DNA of 61,081 nucleotides, filler included, from Nemertoderma westbladi (taxonomy: Eukaryota; Animalia; Xenacoelomorpha), in the NCBI GenBank assembly GCA_032718475.1. It is 3 parts of 3 records of this genome, joined end to end, with 100 filler letters (N's around TTAATTAATTAA, not from the genome) between each part and the next. Parts side by side here need not be neighbours in the genome. Positions count along the whole stretch, not along the records: positions 1 to 28,567 come from JAUCBJ010000671.1; 2 more parts are not named here. One strand, written 5' to 3'. The notes under the pieces were generated by a model that made no database searches, was not told where the DNA came from, and saw only the letters and a list, made by a program, of their open reading frames with translations. A program made the position numbers and the translations under genes. Below are positions 1 to 13,500 of this stretch, one piece after another. Positions within the stretch are counted from its first letter, which is position 1. Every line of letters begins with the position of its first letter.

Positions 1-375
1 CGGCGGTTTTTATGAAATGTAAAAATGGTGGTCTTATATTCAAACTGTCGGTTCTTGTTAATAAACACGTATGTAGTTTTCAAACCGGCGGTTTTTATGA
101 AATGTAAAAATGGTGGTCTTATATTCAAACTGTCGGTTCTTGTTAATAAACACGTATGTAGTTTTCAAACCGGCGGTTTTTATGAAATGTAAAAATGGTG
201 GTCTTATATTCAAACTGTCGGTTCTTGTTAATAAACACGTATGTAGTTTTCATACCGGCTGTTTTTATGAAATGTAAAAACGGTGGTCTTATATTCAAAC
301 TGTCGGTTCTTGTTAATAAACACGTATGTAGTTTTCAAACCGGCGGTTTTTATGAAATGTAAAAATGGCGGTTGT
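1..375. repeat. 85-bp tandem repeat, ~4.4 copies (inside the CACTG element)
   Basis: Unit starting cggcggtttttatgaaatg recurs at 1, 86, 171, 256 and 341. Confidence 0.95.
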
Positions 376-490
376 ATTTTCACAATTGCCGGTTCTTACT
401 ATACCGGTACATACAAAGAACCCTAAGTTGTATAATTCAACTGGTAATGCCGTTATTTCTGTATTACAGAGGCGTGATATGATATAACTA

Positions 491-770
491 ATTTACAATA
501 ATGACTGCCAGTTTATCACAGAACCACAGATTTACAATAATGACTGCCAGTTTATCACAGAACCACAGATTTACAATAATGACTGCCAGTTTATCACAGA
601 ACCACAGATTTACAATAAAGACTGCCAGTTTATCACAGAACCGCAGATTTACAATAATGACTGCCAGTTTATCACAGAACCACAGATATAGAACCGTAGA
701 TTTGCAATAATAACTGCCAGTTTATCACAGAACCACACACAGATTTACAAACTAATAACTGCCAGTTTGT
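491..770. repeat. 39-bp tandem repeat, ~6-7 copies
   Basis: Unit atttacaataatgactgccagtttatcacagaaccacag; explains the periodic ORF 501..710. Confidence 0.95.
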
Positions 771-2535
771 ATAATTATGTAAATATAAAAAGTAAATATA
801 TATAATCAAAACATAATTTTAAATTATTAATTAAACTTGGTTAAAATTAATTAATTTATATATATTAATTGAAATGAATTATCTAATATGGCTGAAAAGA
901 AGACAAATGATATTAAAATTAATAATCAAAACACTATTTGTTGATCATCAACTAAAATTAATTAGGATATCCATAAATCTAAATGAATTAAATATTTTCC
1001 TATATACTTAGCCGTGTGTATCCAATATGTATGTAGAGTATTGTATGCATTGGCCGTAAGCGTAGGGTAGGATGTAGGGATTAGATAAGGTAGGCTTTCA
1101 CCCCCCTCTCCCAATATCTCCATATTGTTACATTGAGCTTCATGTGTGCCCTGAATGTCCTGTGCTCCAACATTATTTTCAGATAACCACAGGTTTATAA
1201 GTTTGTTTTGCTCTTTATAACCACAGGTTAGTACGTTTTAACCGTTGGTTTTTCTTTAATAACCATAGGTTATAAATAAATTAAAGCATCAGTTTATTAA
1301 AATTACCGCCAGTTTTCTCAAATAAAACCGCCAGTTGACTGTTAATTAAACGGCGGTTTCGTAAAACTGGTTTATTTGGTTGCCGTTTTACCTGTGGTTT
1401 TTTGAGAAAACCGGCAGTTTTAAATAGTTGAAACGCCAGTTACCAGCAGTAAACCATAGGTTAATAAATTCCGATTAAGTATTCGACCGGGAATTTGCGT
1501 TAAACCAGAACCTGAGGTTACAGAAACCGGCAGTTCCTTGCGATATAAAATACCAGAGGTTTTACAACGCATTTTTAGGTTCTAAACAACTGGGGGTTAT
1601 GGAACCGCCGGTTTTACGAGAGATAATCAACCCCCGGTTTGCACAACTGCCAGTTCTTGGCAATGTTTATTTACCGCCGGTTTGTAAAAACAACCTGCGG
1701 TGGTTTTCGTTGCAAAACAACCCCAGGTAGTTCTTGCAAACCGGCATTTTTTTAACAAAATACCACCACTTACTTTTTTCAGTGTACCAGACGGAGCCAT
1801 AATTTTCGATTTTGCCTTTCAATTTTTAATTGTTACATCAGTATGAAACATGGTGTACCTTATTATTTAATCAAGATCTATACGAGTAGTTTAAATTCTC
1901 CGAAACAGTAATAACCAGCGCTGCCGAGGAGATTAGGAAATCTGCCAGAATGCTGTTGTTCCATTACACAAGACTTTGATGATCACGCGATGGACGTTTT
2001 AAATAATCATTTTCTATTGAAGCAATTCAACTGTCACCAACTTAATCCAAGTTGCTTATAGAGAACCAAATATATAATGAATACAATGAATTAGTTTCCA
2101 TGGTGTTAATATTCAATGCTGCGCGCAGGTGCTCGCTGCACTCACGGTCGCAATAATAATCACTACCCTTTAAGCAATAATTAATCAGATAGCCATGGCA
2201 ACAGCCAACCCATTCAATAAAGGATTATATAGTGAGGAATCAATATATAAAAATCCACTCGCCGTATTTATAAATCAAAATCCATAAACTATACCCAATT
2301 TATTTCAACTACTTAATATTAATTATTATGTAAATCTCGCACTCATAACTTATTCAACATTAATTAACTATTTTAATGTCTTACGCATACAATCCTTTTA
2401 TGCGATATAAGAAGTACAACTACCGTACGTAACTTAGATTAATTACCTTAAAAATATTAATTAATGCGATACATGTGACATCACAGGTTGTGAGAGTGAG
2501 TGTTGATTGCTTGAAGTATTGCGTGCATAGTGTCC

Positions 2536-3592
2536 ATGGCTCCGGACCGTACTGGTATGCGGAGAAGGCCACGACGTAGCAACTACCATCTTATTAACGA
2601 AGATGACAGGGAAATGGAACCAATGAAGGACATTGTCCGTCCACCTTACGCCGATAAAGTTTATCTCGCTCGCAAAAAGAAACCTGACTCCTGGGTTGTA
2701 ATCAGTGCAGAAGTGATACTCATACTCACACTGACTTGTTTAACTGTTTACGTGTATTATTACCTTGAACACGCACTATTCCAAGTACACAGGTTGGTTG
2801 GACTGAATTAATACTTAAAGCATCAGTTAATTGTGATAAATCGTGTTGGCACTGGAAGTTTCATCGTATTAACTAAGTCGCTGAAAGAGACGTGTGCGGC
2901 ATGAGATTGGTCTATCGAAACTTATAGCGGCATGTGATTGGCTGACCGAGAGGTATTACGATGTATGATTGGTTGACCGAGATGTAGCTGATTGGTTGGG
3001 TGAGCGGTTGGGTTGAGTGATTGGTTGCCGGACATGTATGGCGGCATGTGATTGGTTAATCGAGATGTATGGCGGCATGTGATTGGTTGACGGAGATGTA
3101 TGGCAGCTTGTGATTGGTTGACTGTGATGCATATTGGCGTGATTTGTTTATTTAAGTACAACAAACAGCAAGCGGTTTCTGACTATGGTGATAATTTGAA
3201 CCAGTGTTAATTTTCAGTAAAACAATTTTGGGAATTCATAACTTATCACAAGATTCCATTGTATCCAAAATATCCAACGAAATTATCTTATCTTTTCTAG
3301 ATTTTATGCCTACACAGGCCACCCTCACGCGCAGCACTTAGTCGCGGAGAAATACATTGAAGGTAAAATCGTAGACAAAGACTATCGTAAAGCTATAGAA
3401 TACTTTAAGATGGCGGCCGAACAAGGCCACGCCCACGCATCCTATAACCTAGCGGTCAGCCAGCTGAAAGGCCTCAACGTTGGGTTAAAGAAAGGAGAAG
3501 CTAGAAGGTTATTGGAGCACGCCGTGAACAACGGGATAGAGAAAGCTAAGGATGTGTTACACACTTACTGTTACAGGCATAAGGCCTGTTGA
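2536..3592 (+). CDS. Single-pass membrane protein with C-terminal Sel1-like repeats (~182 aa), 2 exons
   Basis: Exons 2536-2792 and 3301-3592, joined by a phase-2 GT..AG intron (ag|gttggt ... tcttttctag|a). The splice gives an open frame with a hydrophobic segment (VILILTLTCLTVYVYYYL) and then GHPHAQHLVAEKYIEGKIVDKDYRKAIEYFKMAAEQGHAHASYNLA, the Sel1 consensus. Confidence 0.85.
2895..3150. repeat. Degenerate ~30-35-bp tandem repeat in the Sel1-gene intron
   Basis: Recurring gatgtatggcggcatgtgattggttg-like units, about 8 copies, each with ATTGG/ATTTG. Confidence 0.7.
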
Positions 3593-4536
3593 AAGCCTCA
3601 TTTAGAATTTTGCATTTTTATGGTTTTAACTGAAATATCGTTCCTATATAAACACCACCTTCAACATAAATCCAAATACATGAATCGGATTTAGTGATAA
3701 ATGAATATCGTCTATACATTATTATTTATAGGCCTATATAGTAACCTAATTATGACACTCCATTCAATCTCTTTGCACACCAAACCAATAAATGGGTAAA
3801 TATTATTGTTGTTGTTTACACTCATTATATTTAATATTTTTTATTTTAAACGTTTCGTATTGTTATCTACTGTATTTTGGATTAAAACCTTTCAAAGATT
3901 AAAATGTTTGTTATTAAAAAGTTTCTTTAACATATACAGCTAATCAGTTATAATATACTGATAGAACTAATAACTACAACTGTGGGGCAAGCCTTAGAAT
4001 ATGGGTAGGCCTACTTTTAATGAGTTGTCTGTCGTCGTCTTTGATCACTGCTTAAATAGAACAAATCGGCAGTCTACCGAAGTAGTAGAGCAAACAGAAA
4101 CAAGTCGGGAACACAGCTTTCTCGGGTTAATCGTTCTCGCGTTAACCGAGTCTCGTACTGCGCAAAGGCCCCACGACCGTGTCCCACAATTACACTTACT
4201 CGTAGCGTTGCACTTTACAGTAAAGTAATTCAGTTATTCTAGTGGTTCGTTAGACGAACGAACGTAATGATTGAGTAAAAATAAAGCCGCATAGACCAGA
4301 ATACCGTCGTTAAGGTAAGGTATTTTGCAACAAATACTTTTATACTTAAAATATTCCTAACTATGATTGCTAAAGAAATCTAATATTTTCGGTGACATTT
4401 TATAATTGGAGTTTATAAAGTACATTAACACGGGGGGCGTGGCGCCTACGTTATTTCGAAATACTGTCAATATGAAAGGCAATATTGTATGTATGTATAT
4501 TTTACAGTTCCAAAAATGTTGGAGAATTCTTCCAAT

Positions 4537-7500
4537 TTATTTGGCAACGTTTCGAAAAAATAGCATCACTCTAATGAAACCAACCTGATCTTGAACTTTT
4601 TTCGCTAAACTCCTAACTTCCATTCCTAACTCGTGTTTACTTTGTTCAAATTCCATCAGCAATTTCAGTCGATCGCATTCCAACTTACGGCAACTAAAAA
4701 TAAATTAAATATAAACTAAACATCTGTTATAATTCATTTCGAAAACGAAAATATTAATGTAAAACTATGTAGGTAAAGAAAGATGTATAATAACTATATA
4801 CGTCATTGTTCATAAAATAACACATTATAGCGTTACGGCACGAGTGGTAATAGAACGAGGGCCGTAAAAGCTTTAATGTGCTAATTATGAACAATGGCGA
4901 ATCTAATTTTATTTATTTGTGGGGAATTTTTTGTAGTTATGCTCTTATACTTTCTAGAACAAACTAATAATGACGCGGTGACATACTGGATATACTGGAA
5001 ATACATAGTAAAGTGTATGGCGTAGGGACATACTGAGAAATAATGTCGCACTGCGATGTAAAATTAGAAAATATGTCGCCCTGGCGATTTGGTAGTGCGA
5101 AATTTATTCCATACAAATAAATAAAATATATAACTTTTTACAGCGGGTTTGAATTCAATTAGTTTTTATATGTCCCAGCATACGAGTTACGCCTGTTGTA
5201 CCGGTGGGGGGACTCCCAACACACATCTCCGCAGTGACTCACCGTGAGCGCTCCTCCTCAACTTTGTTCATCAGATGGTCGTTATTTGGGCCTCTCATCG
5301 TCGTATCCAGATGACTCACCAACTCACTCCTCTCTTTCTCCCAATTACTCCTCTCTAACCTCCATCTCGTCTCCTCCTCCATTCTCTCTTTCAACGACTT
5401 TATTAACTTCGCCTGCATTAAATGCTTGTCATGCTCCGCCACCTAAATAATTTGTTATAGAATAAAATTAACATTAGCATTTGCCGCCTCCAAGCCCCTA
5501 ATAAACAACAAACTGCGAGTTCCCAGAGCAGAGTTAAAGGCGGCACTATATGCTACGGCCATCGGCCGGAATGTAACTGAACAGATCGAATATCCACTAG
5601 AGAAAACCGTTTATTGGACTGACGCTTTACTCGTTCTGGAATATATCACTAATGAAGCCTGTCAGTTCAGCATCTTTGTTACCAACCGAGTAGCTATTAT
5701 ACTCAGTCGTACTAATATAGATCAATGGAGACATTGCCCCGGGACGATTAACCCCGCCGACATCGCCTCCAGAGGAGAGTATTGTATATTATTGTAACAT
5801 TCTTTGGACTTACTAAATCTAAATTACTAACTGTGTAAAACGAAACTTGAATAAAGCAGTCAAAAATATGATTATTACATTATAATATAGAAAATAAATA
5901 AATAAACGGTAATCAATAACAATGTGGATGTAAGTTGACTATATGTTAGAGTTAGTCCATCATTATTGCGACGAAAGTTGTCTCAAATTGTATACAGCTC
6001 CGGCTCTCGCTCCGGCTTCGGCTTCGGCTCCGGCTCCAGCCCCGGCTCCGGTTCTGGCTCCGGTTCCAGCTCCGGCTCCTGCTCCGGCTCCCTCTCCGGC
6101 TCCGTCTCCGGCTCCGGCTCCGATGATTCGTAGTTCGATGATTAACAATTAAGATAAATTTCTGAATTTGTATCGTCGTTTGAAGGTTTACGAATTTTTC
6201 CGTACGTATCAATTCTCACACATAGCTAGTTTACCTGTTTGTTCACTCACCTCTTTAGCTCGTTTAGCGTTAGCAGTCTCCTCGCTAAGCTCGTCGAGTT
6301 TCAACTGAAGATCGTCCGCCAATCTCTGGTACGTAACGCACGAGTTCTCCATGTTCTGCCGCTGGTGTTCCGCAACTACCACCGAATGTTCCAACTCCGA
6401 TTTGTTTTCGTTCCACTCAGCGGCGGGAACGGCATCCAAAGCCTAGCGGATAAACCAGAACACAAATAATGAGTAAATACATATATTACTTTAATTTTTT
6501 AATAATTAAAATTACATTAAAATAGTAAATTAACAAAATATTCATAAACAAACATTTCTAATATAGAATTGTTTTATTGGGACAGTGGGACGAAGTTCGT
6601 TTTAATTTAAAAGAAATGTAAATAAAAGAAAGTACATGAATTGAATGGATTTAACATACAATAATGTAAATGAAAATGTACTTTAAAAAAATAAAGGTCA
6701 AGCATTTCTAATGTTTTATGTTTATTAAGTTGTATGATGATTAGCAGTGGGATTTGTTTATCTAACAATGATGGTTGTCTGTTACTAACATCCTTAGTTA
6801 CAGCTTGTTTCCCATTGGTTAGAATCAAGGGCCCTATTCTGTTACCAAATTGCACATCGTCGTCAGTGGTTGAAGCAGCACTCCCCTCACTACACCAACT
6901 GTCGCGCCACCTAGAGTCGATGTCGGGAGAATCCATAGGGTTAGTCACAGGAGTAGTCTTGTTAGAGGACGAGGCCTTGTAAACCTTCAACTGCAAAAAA
7001 CGCAAACCATGTAAGACCCCAACAGAAACAGAACACACTTGTAACCAGAAAACAGACCAGAATAAATGGTTATATTTCTCTGAGGTAAATTTTCAAAAAG
7101 ATGAAGAATCTTAAAAATGATTGGATGGGAGATTGGGAGGCGCCACATTGCAATCCTTACTGAATACAGACCTTTTGACTCATTGATGTTTTCTCGCGAC
7201 CCCAATCCTTTCTCTCCATTTTATGTTGAAGTTCAAGCGATTCTCTTTCGAACTGATATTTTCTCTCCAATCTGCCGTATTCTTCTTGTAACTAAAAAAA
7301 AAACAATGTATAATCCACCGCTCTGTCGAAGACACAGTCACTGGAGAAAATTAATAGACAACTCACAACTCATATCGGATGTACTACATGTTAACTATTG
7401 TACAATGCACACTGCACAGTCCGACGACCCAGAAACGGAGAGAGATTGATAAACGTATATATATAGACTTCAAACGGACAGAAAACACAGAGATTCAAAC

Positions 7501-10500
7501 AGACAGACAACCATACTTAAATATACACATCCCCTGTCTCCAATTTCCACTCAAACTCTTCTACTTTTATCGTCAGCTCGCCTTCCCAATTTCCAAACAA
7601 ACCTCATCTTCTCTTTAAAATGCCACACAAACCTCTTGTATTTTTATTGTTAGCTCCTCTTTCTCGACTTCCCATTCCATCTCTCGGAACTTATGTTGTT
7701 CGGATTCTTCCACCATTTGTTTAACTGCATCGTTTTCCAGATCAAATTCACATCTATGTCATAAGAAATGTAATAAAATTATTGAACAATATCCCAGTTG
7801 TAGTCGGCAGCAGTTTCTTTTTGTGATTTCGATTTCCCCACAACTTTGATATTTCCTACGATTTATCTGTACAACTCTAATATCCTGTATTACCGGCGAA
7901 TTAATATCTCGTTTCAATTTTTAAATTAAAATTATCCAATAAGGGAAAGGGGCTGGTTACAATGACACGCTATTCTAACCAAAACAATAAACTAAAGTCA
8001 ATAGAACAGTTTACAATCTTGTATTTAAGAGTAATCAGCTGATATTTACCACGATTTTTCCATGGAGAGGGATGAATTGTGATTGCATCAATAGTCAGCC
8101 ACACCTGCCCTACTGATGCTACTACTTTCCTGAATTTTGAATAATTCCAGGCCAACCTTTTGTGATGGAATTTCCATCGGTTCAAAGTAGCTGCAATGGG
8201 TTTAAAGTAAACGATTATTAACGCTAATTAATGTTAATTATCGATTGAGGAAAGGAATCAGGTTACAGTTGTTTATTGCAAAACAATAAACGAGAGTCAA
8301 GATTGCAGGTTCATGTTTTTCGTTGTCAGATATCGACGAATCGTTAACAACAGCTGCTGGGGTATAAAGAATGATAGATTGATATCCGGGTAGATTTTTT
8401 TCTGGATTACCATTTGTTCCAGATCCTGAAGTTCTAGAACATTTAATTTAAATAAGTCAAATCAAAATACGAGGTAAGACTTTATCTAGTAAGTAACTTT
8501 CGGAAAGATTGGAGTCCTAACTCCTGACCTAACTGATCCTAACTACCAACCTGACTGCTGACTGCTGACTGGTTATATAAATTATCCCTACCGGGCACTT
8601 GATTCGTCCATTGAAGTTGACGATTCCAACACGGCTCTTGTGATTGGTGGGTTGGATCGATCGTGATTTGAGATTTCTTTGTTTAATCGATTGGCGGTTA
8701 TGATTGGTTGATTTGTACGACTTCTCATGTGTGAGTAAGGTAGATTCCCTACATCGACGCGCGTAGAGAAATCCTCCTAAACGTTAGCGGATATATGTGA
8801 GGTGTGTTACGGATAGCGGTACTGCAAACATATACTCTCTATTGGTAAAGCAAACAGATACTCTCAAACACTAGACATTGGTACAGCAAACAGATACTCT
8901 CAAACACTATAGATATTGGTAAAGCAAACAGTTACTCTCAAACACTAGACATTGGTACAGCAAACAGATACTCTCAAACACTATAGATATTGGTAAAGCA
9001 AACAGATACTCTCAAACACTAGACATTGGTACATCAAACAGGTACTCACAAACACTAGACATTGGTACATCAAACAGTTTCTCTCAAACACTAGACATTG
9101 GTACAGCAAACAGATACTCTCAAACACTATAGATATTGGTAAAGCAAACAGATACTCTCAAACACTATAGATATTGGTAAAGCAAACAGATACTCTCAAA
9201 CACTATAGATATTGGTAAACCAAACAGATACTCTCAAACACTAGACATTGGTACAGCAAACAGATACTCTCAAACACTATAGATATTGGTAAAGCAAACA
9301 GATTCTCTCAAACACTATAGATATTGGTACAGCAAACAGATACTCTCAAACACTATAGATATTGGTAAAGCAAACAGATACTCTCAAACACTAGACATTG
9401 GTACAGCAAACATATACTCTCAAACACTATAGATATTGGTACATCAAACAGATACTCAGAAAAACTAGACATTGGTACAGCAAACAGACACTCACAAAAA
9501 CTACACATTGGTACAGCAAACAGACACTCACAAAAACTACACATTGGTACAGCAAACAGATACTCAGAAAAACTAGACATTGGTACAGCAAACAGATACT
9601 CTCAAACACTAGACATTGGTACAGCAAACAGATACTCTCAAACACTATAGATATTGGTAAAGCAAACAGATTCTCTCAAACACTATAGATATTGGTACAG
9701 CAAACAGATACTCTCAAACACTATAGATATTGGTAAAGCAAACAGATTCTCTCAAACACTATAGATATTGGTAAAGCAAACAGATTCTCTCAAACACTAT
9801 AGATATTGGTACAGCAAACAGATACTCTCAAACACTATAGATATTGGTAAAGCAAACAGATACTCTCAAACACTATAGATATTGGTAAAGCAAACAGATA
9901 CTCTCAAACACTAGACATTGGTACAGCAAACAGATACTCTCAAACACTATAGATATTGGTACAGCAAACAGATACTCTCAAACACTATAGATATTGGTAC
10001 AGCAAACAGATACTCTCAAACACTATAGATATTGGTACAGCAAACAGATACTCTCAAACACTAGACATTGGTACAGCAAACAGATACTCTCAAACACTAT
10101 AGATATTGGTACAGCAAACAGATACTCTCAAACACTATAGATATTGGTACAGCAAACAGATACTCTCAAACACTATAGATATTGGTACAGCAAACAGATA
10201 CTCTCAAACACTATAGATATTGGTAAAGCAAACAGATACTCTCAAACACTAGACATTGGTACAGCAAACAGATACTCTCAAACACTATAGATATTGGTAC
10301 AGCAAACAGATACTCTCAAACACTATAGATATTGGTAAAGCAAACAGATTCTCTCAAACACTATAGATATTGGTACAGCAAACAGATACTCTCAAACACT
10401 ATAGATATTGGTAAAGCAAACAGATTCTCTCAAACACTATAGATATTGGTAAAGCAAACAGATACTCTCAAACACTATAGATATTGGTAAAGCAAACAGA

Positions 10501-13500
10501 TTCTCTCAAACACTATAGATATTGGTACAGCAAACAGATACTCTCAAACACTATAGATATTGGTAAAGCAAACAGATACTCTCAAACACTAGACATTGGT
10601 ACAGCAAACATATACTCTCAAACACTATAGATATTGGTACATCAAACAGATACTCAGAAAAACTAGACATTGGTACAGCAAACAGACACTCACAAAAACT
10701 ACACATTGGTACAGCAAACAGACACTCACAAAAACTACACATTGGTACAGCAAACAGATACTCAGAAAAACTAGACATTGGTACAGCAAACAGATACTCT
10801 CAAACACTAGACATTGGTACAGCAAACAGATACTCTCAAACACTACACTGAAAAAAGTAACTACATCTCGTTTGAAAAAGTGCCACTATCAATTATTAGT
10901 GGCATTAATTAATTTTTAAAGTTGCGATTTTATTAAACTGCAATTTTTTTCGAAATATGAAATTATTTATTTTTCCAAATTACAAAAACCCATTTTGTTA
11001 AATTTAATTAAATGTACTTCAAGAATATACCAGGTTATGGAAATTACTAAATATATTAAAGTTCCACTTTTTTAAATTTCTGTAAAAAGGTGCGCTTTTA
11101 AACAATTTATTGTTGTGTTGTAAAGTGCTACTTTAAAACAAAAAATTAAAACGTGTCCTTTTCTGTAAAAAGTTGCGATTTTAAACAATTTATTGTTATG
11201 TGTTGTAAAGTGCTACTTTAAAACAAAAATTTAAAAAGTACCCTAATCAGCATACTAATACACACATACAAAAATATGTATGTTGTGCAATCTAAATTTT
11301 GGGTGCAGTATTGCAAGGGTGAGGGTGTTGTGGGGGGGGGGGGGGGGGGTGGTTGGTCACGTCGTATTCATGTATATTGGTAGGTAAAAGTAGGCCTATC
11401 ATATCTCCTGCATCCTATCCACAGCCTGATAGCTGCACAGCATGCAGTTCTCAGAGTACCGGTACTGCTGGACTGGAGTTTACTGATGAACAGCATAACT
11501 GCCAAGTGTGCTCCTGGTGTGCTGTGCTTTGCAGATTTGTGCTAGTGCGTGTAGTGCTAACTAAACTAATCTAACTGCCTTTCTTAAAAAAGTGTTAAAA
11601 CAGTAAAAAAAAACATTACCGGGACGCGGTACATACCTCCACCACTCCACCGGTACGGTAGCCTACATCAGTACCTACATACAATGTCGCGGTGTTGCGG
11701 TAAAGGCGATAATCTAAGTGCAGAGTTTAGTTTCTGCCCACACTCTGGGGAGGAACAGAAAAAAAACACTGCTTGTCAAAGTTGCGGGAAACAGCTAGCA
11801 CAGTAGCAGCTAGATCCTGTATGGGTTAGTTGCCCATTTTGCCCAGTGCGTCCACATACCAACATGGGGATGGGTACTGGTACCGGTACATCTGGATGTG
11901 ATACCGGTGGTCCTACAGCTACCTGTACCGGCGGTGCTGCAAGTGCTAGTTGTCATCGAACACCACGATCTCAATTAGATACGAAAGTCGAAAATGGAAT
12001 CACGTATTATATTCCACCTCTACGCGAATCGTCTTCCGGAAATAAGCAACCGAGAGTCCCAGTAATTCAACTGGAAATAACCGCACAAGATGTAGCCAAG
12101 GATACTCATGGATTTCGTCGAGCCGTTCGTCAATTTCTATCTGACTTCGAAAGTCGGAATATTTGCGATATTTATCAAATGGCGGAATCAGTATGTTCTG
12201 TGTATCCGGAGATGCAGATTAAACACCACCGCCTTCACGATAAAACTGCATTTTTCCGTCATAAGTTATCCGTACACAAGGCGAACAAGTCTTACCGGCA
12301 CAGGGGTGCTGCAGCCGATAGGCCTAAGGATACCACCGTTGATCCATCCAAGGCCTACAACAAGGGCGATGACAATGTAAGTGTTACTACCGGTACCGAT
12401 ACTTCGGTAAAATCGACTGCTGTGGCGGATCAAGTGTTGAGTAAGGCTGCAACTAAGAGATTTACTGGGTGCAATGCAAACGAATGAAAGTGAACGTGTT
12501 GACGGCTAAGAAAAAATTTAAAAAACCAAGAAGGAAATAGGTTCTTGTAGACCTACAGGAGGATCTGCGGAGTTCAGATGATCCCGAATCGGATAATTCC
12601 GATTCAACAACCGCTTCCAGTTCGAGCCTCGAGTCAGTGTCTATTTCGGAGTCAGATTTAGGAGATACTGACAATGTTCCTGGAGGAGGAGGCGGCGCTC
12701 TCATTTGGGCGAGAATGAGAAAAAAGGATATACCCTGGCCTGGTAAGGTTTCTGTTGCACCAGATGGAACTGACCCTCCTCCGGAAAAAAATGGGGGGTT
12801 GTCTATGGGTATACTTTTTTGGGACGGGGAATGCTTGTTGGGTGAGGGAAGTCCAGGAAGAATATATATTCCCTTACAAAGAATTCCGCGCGGAATTTAG
12901 CTACCCTAAAGGCCAAGTGCCCCACTCATTCGCAGCCGCTCTAGAAAATATTGAGAAGGAGTACCTTAGTCGAGAGTACGGTACTGAGACTGTCAACGTA
13001 ACTGAGTCATAAGTTGTAAATAGGACACTGAAATCGTTAGAACTGATACGGCAGAGAATAATAATTTAGTTATGTTATGGCGAATGGCGTTTTGTCAGTT
13101 ACAAACTAATGAACTGAATTTTGTTGCAAATATGGATAGTTTAGGCTGAACTGTGGTGTTTTATTTTGTGTAGAATGTAGATTGGTCATGCTTGGTCATG
13201 ACATTGTTCATGTTATCTTCATATAGATGGAAGATAGGTGCACAGTAGCAGGATTGCATCTGTGCGTTAAGAACTAAACTGAACTTATTATATTTTAGGC
13301 ATTTTATTATATCGATTACATGGATTAGTTATTTTGTTTTTATATTGCCTTATTATTGTAGTACTGTCAACTAACATGTACGACATTGTAATATTCTGTA
13401 TGCAGGCGGTATGGCCTTACTGACCAGTCCAGTATAGGCCAGTCCGTGCATGTAATATATTTGTCGTACATGTTCGTTGCGTTATACGTTATATGTCATG

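Larger units (their letters stand above)
1..1784. mobile_element. Right-hand part of a CACTG-ended (CMC/EnSpm-like) non-autonomous DNA transposon, truncated by the window start
   Basis: Ends ...TTACTTTTTTCAGTG (1784) followed by TA. The reverse complement CACTGAAAAAAGTAA is identical to the first 15 nt of the element at 10846. Many subterminal AAACCG(G)C(G/A)GTT motifs lie in 1180-1760, plus internal tandem arrays. The left end is not visible. Confidence 0.7.

Noticed and set aside
5943-6212. Pro/Ala-rich or RS-rich protein ORFs
   Set aside because: Explained by an intronic CCGGCT microsatellite.
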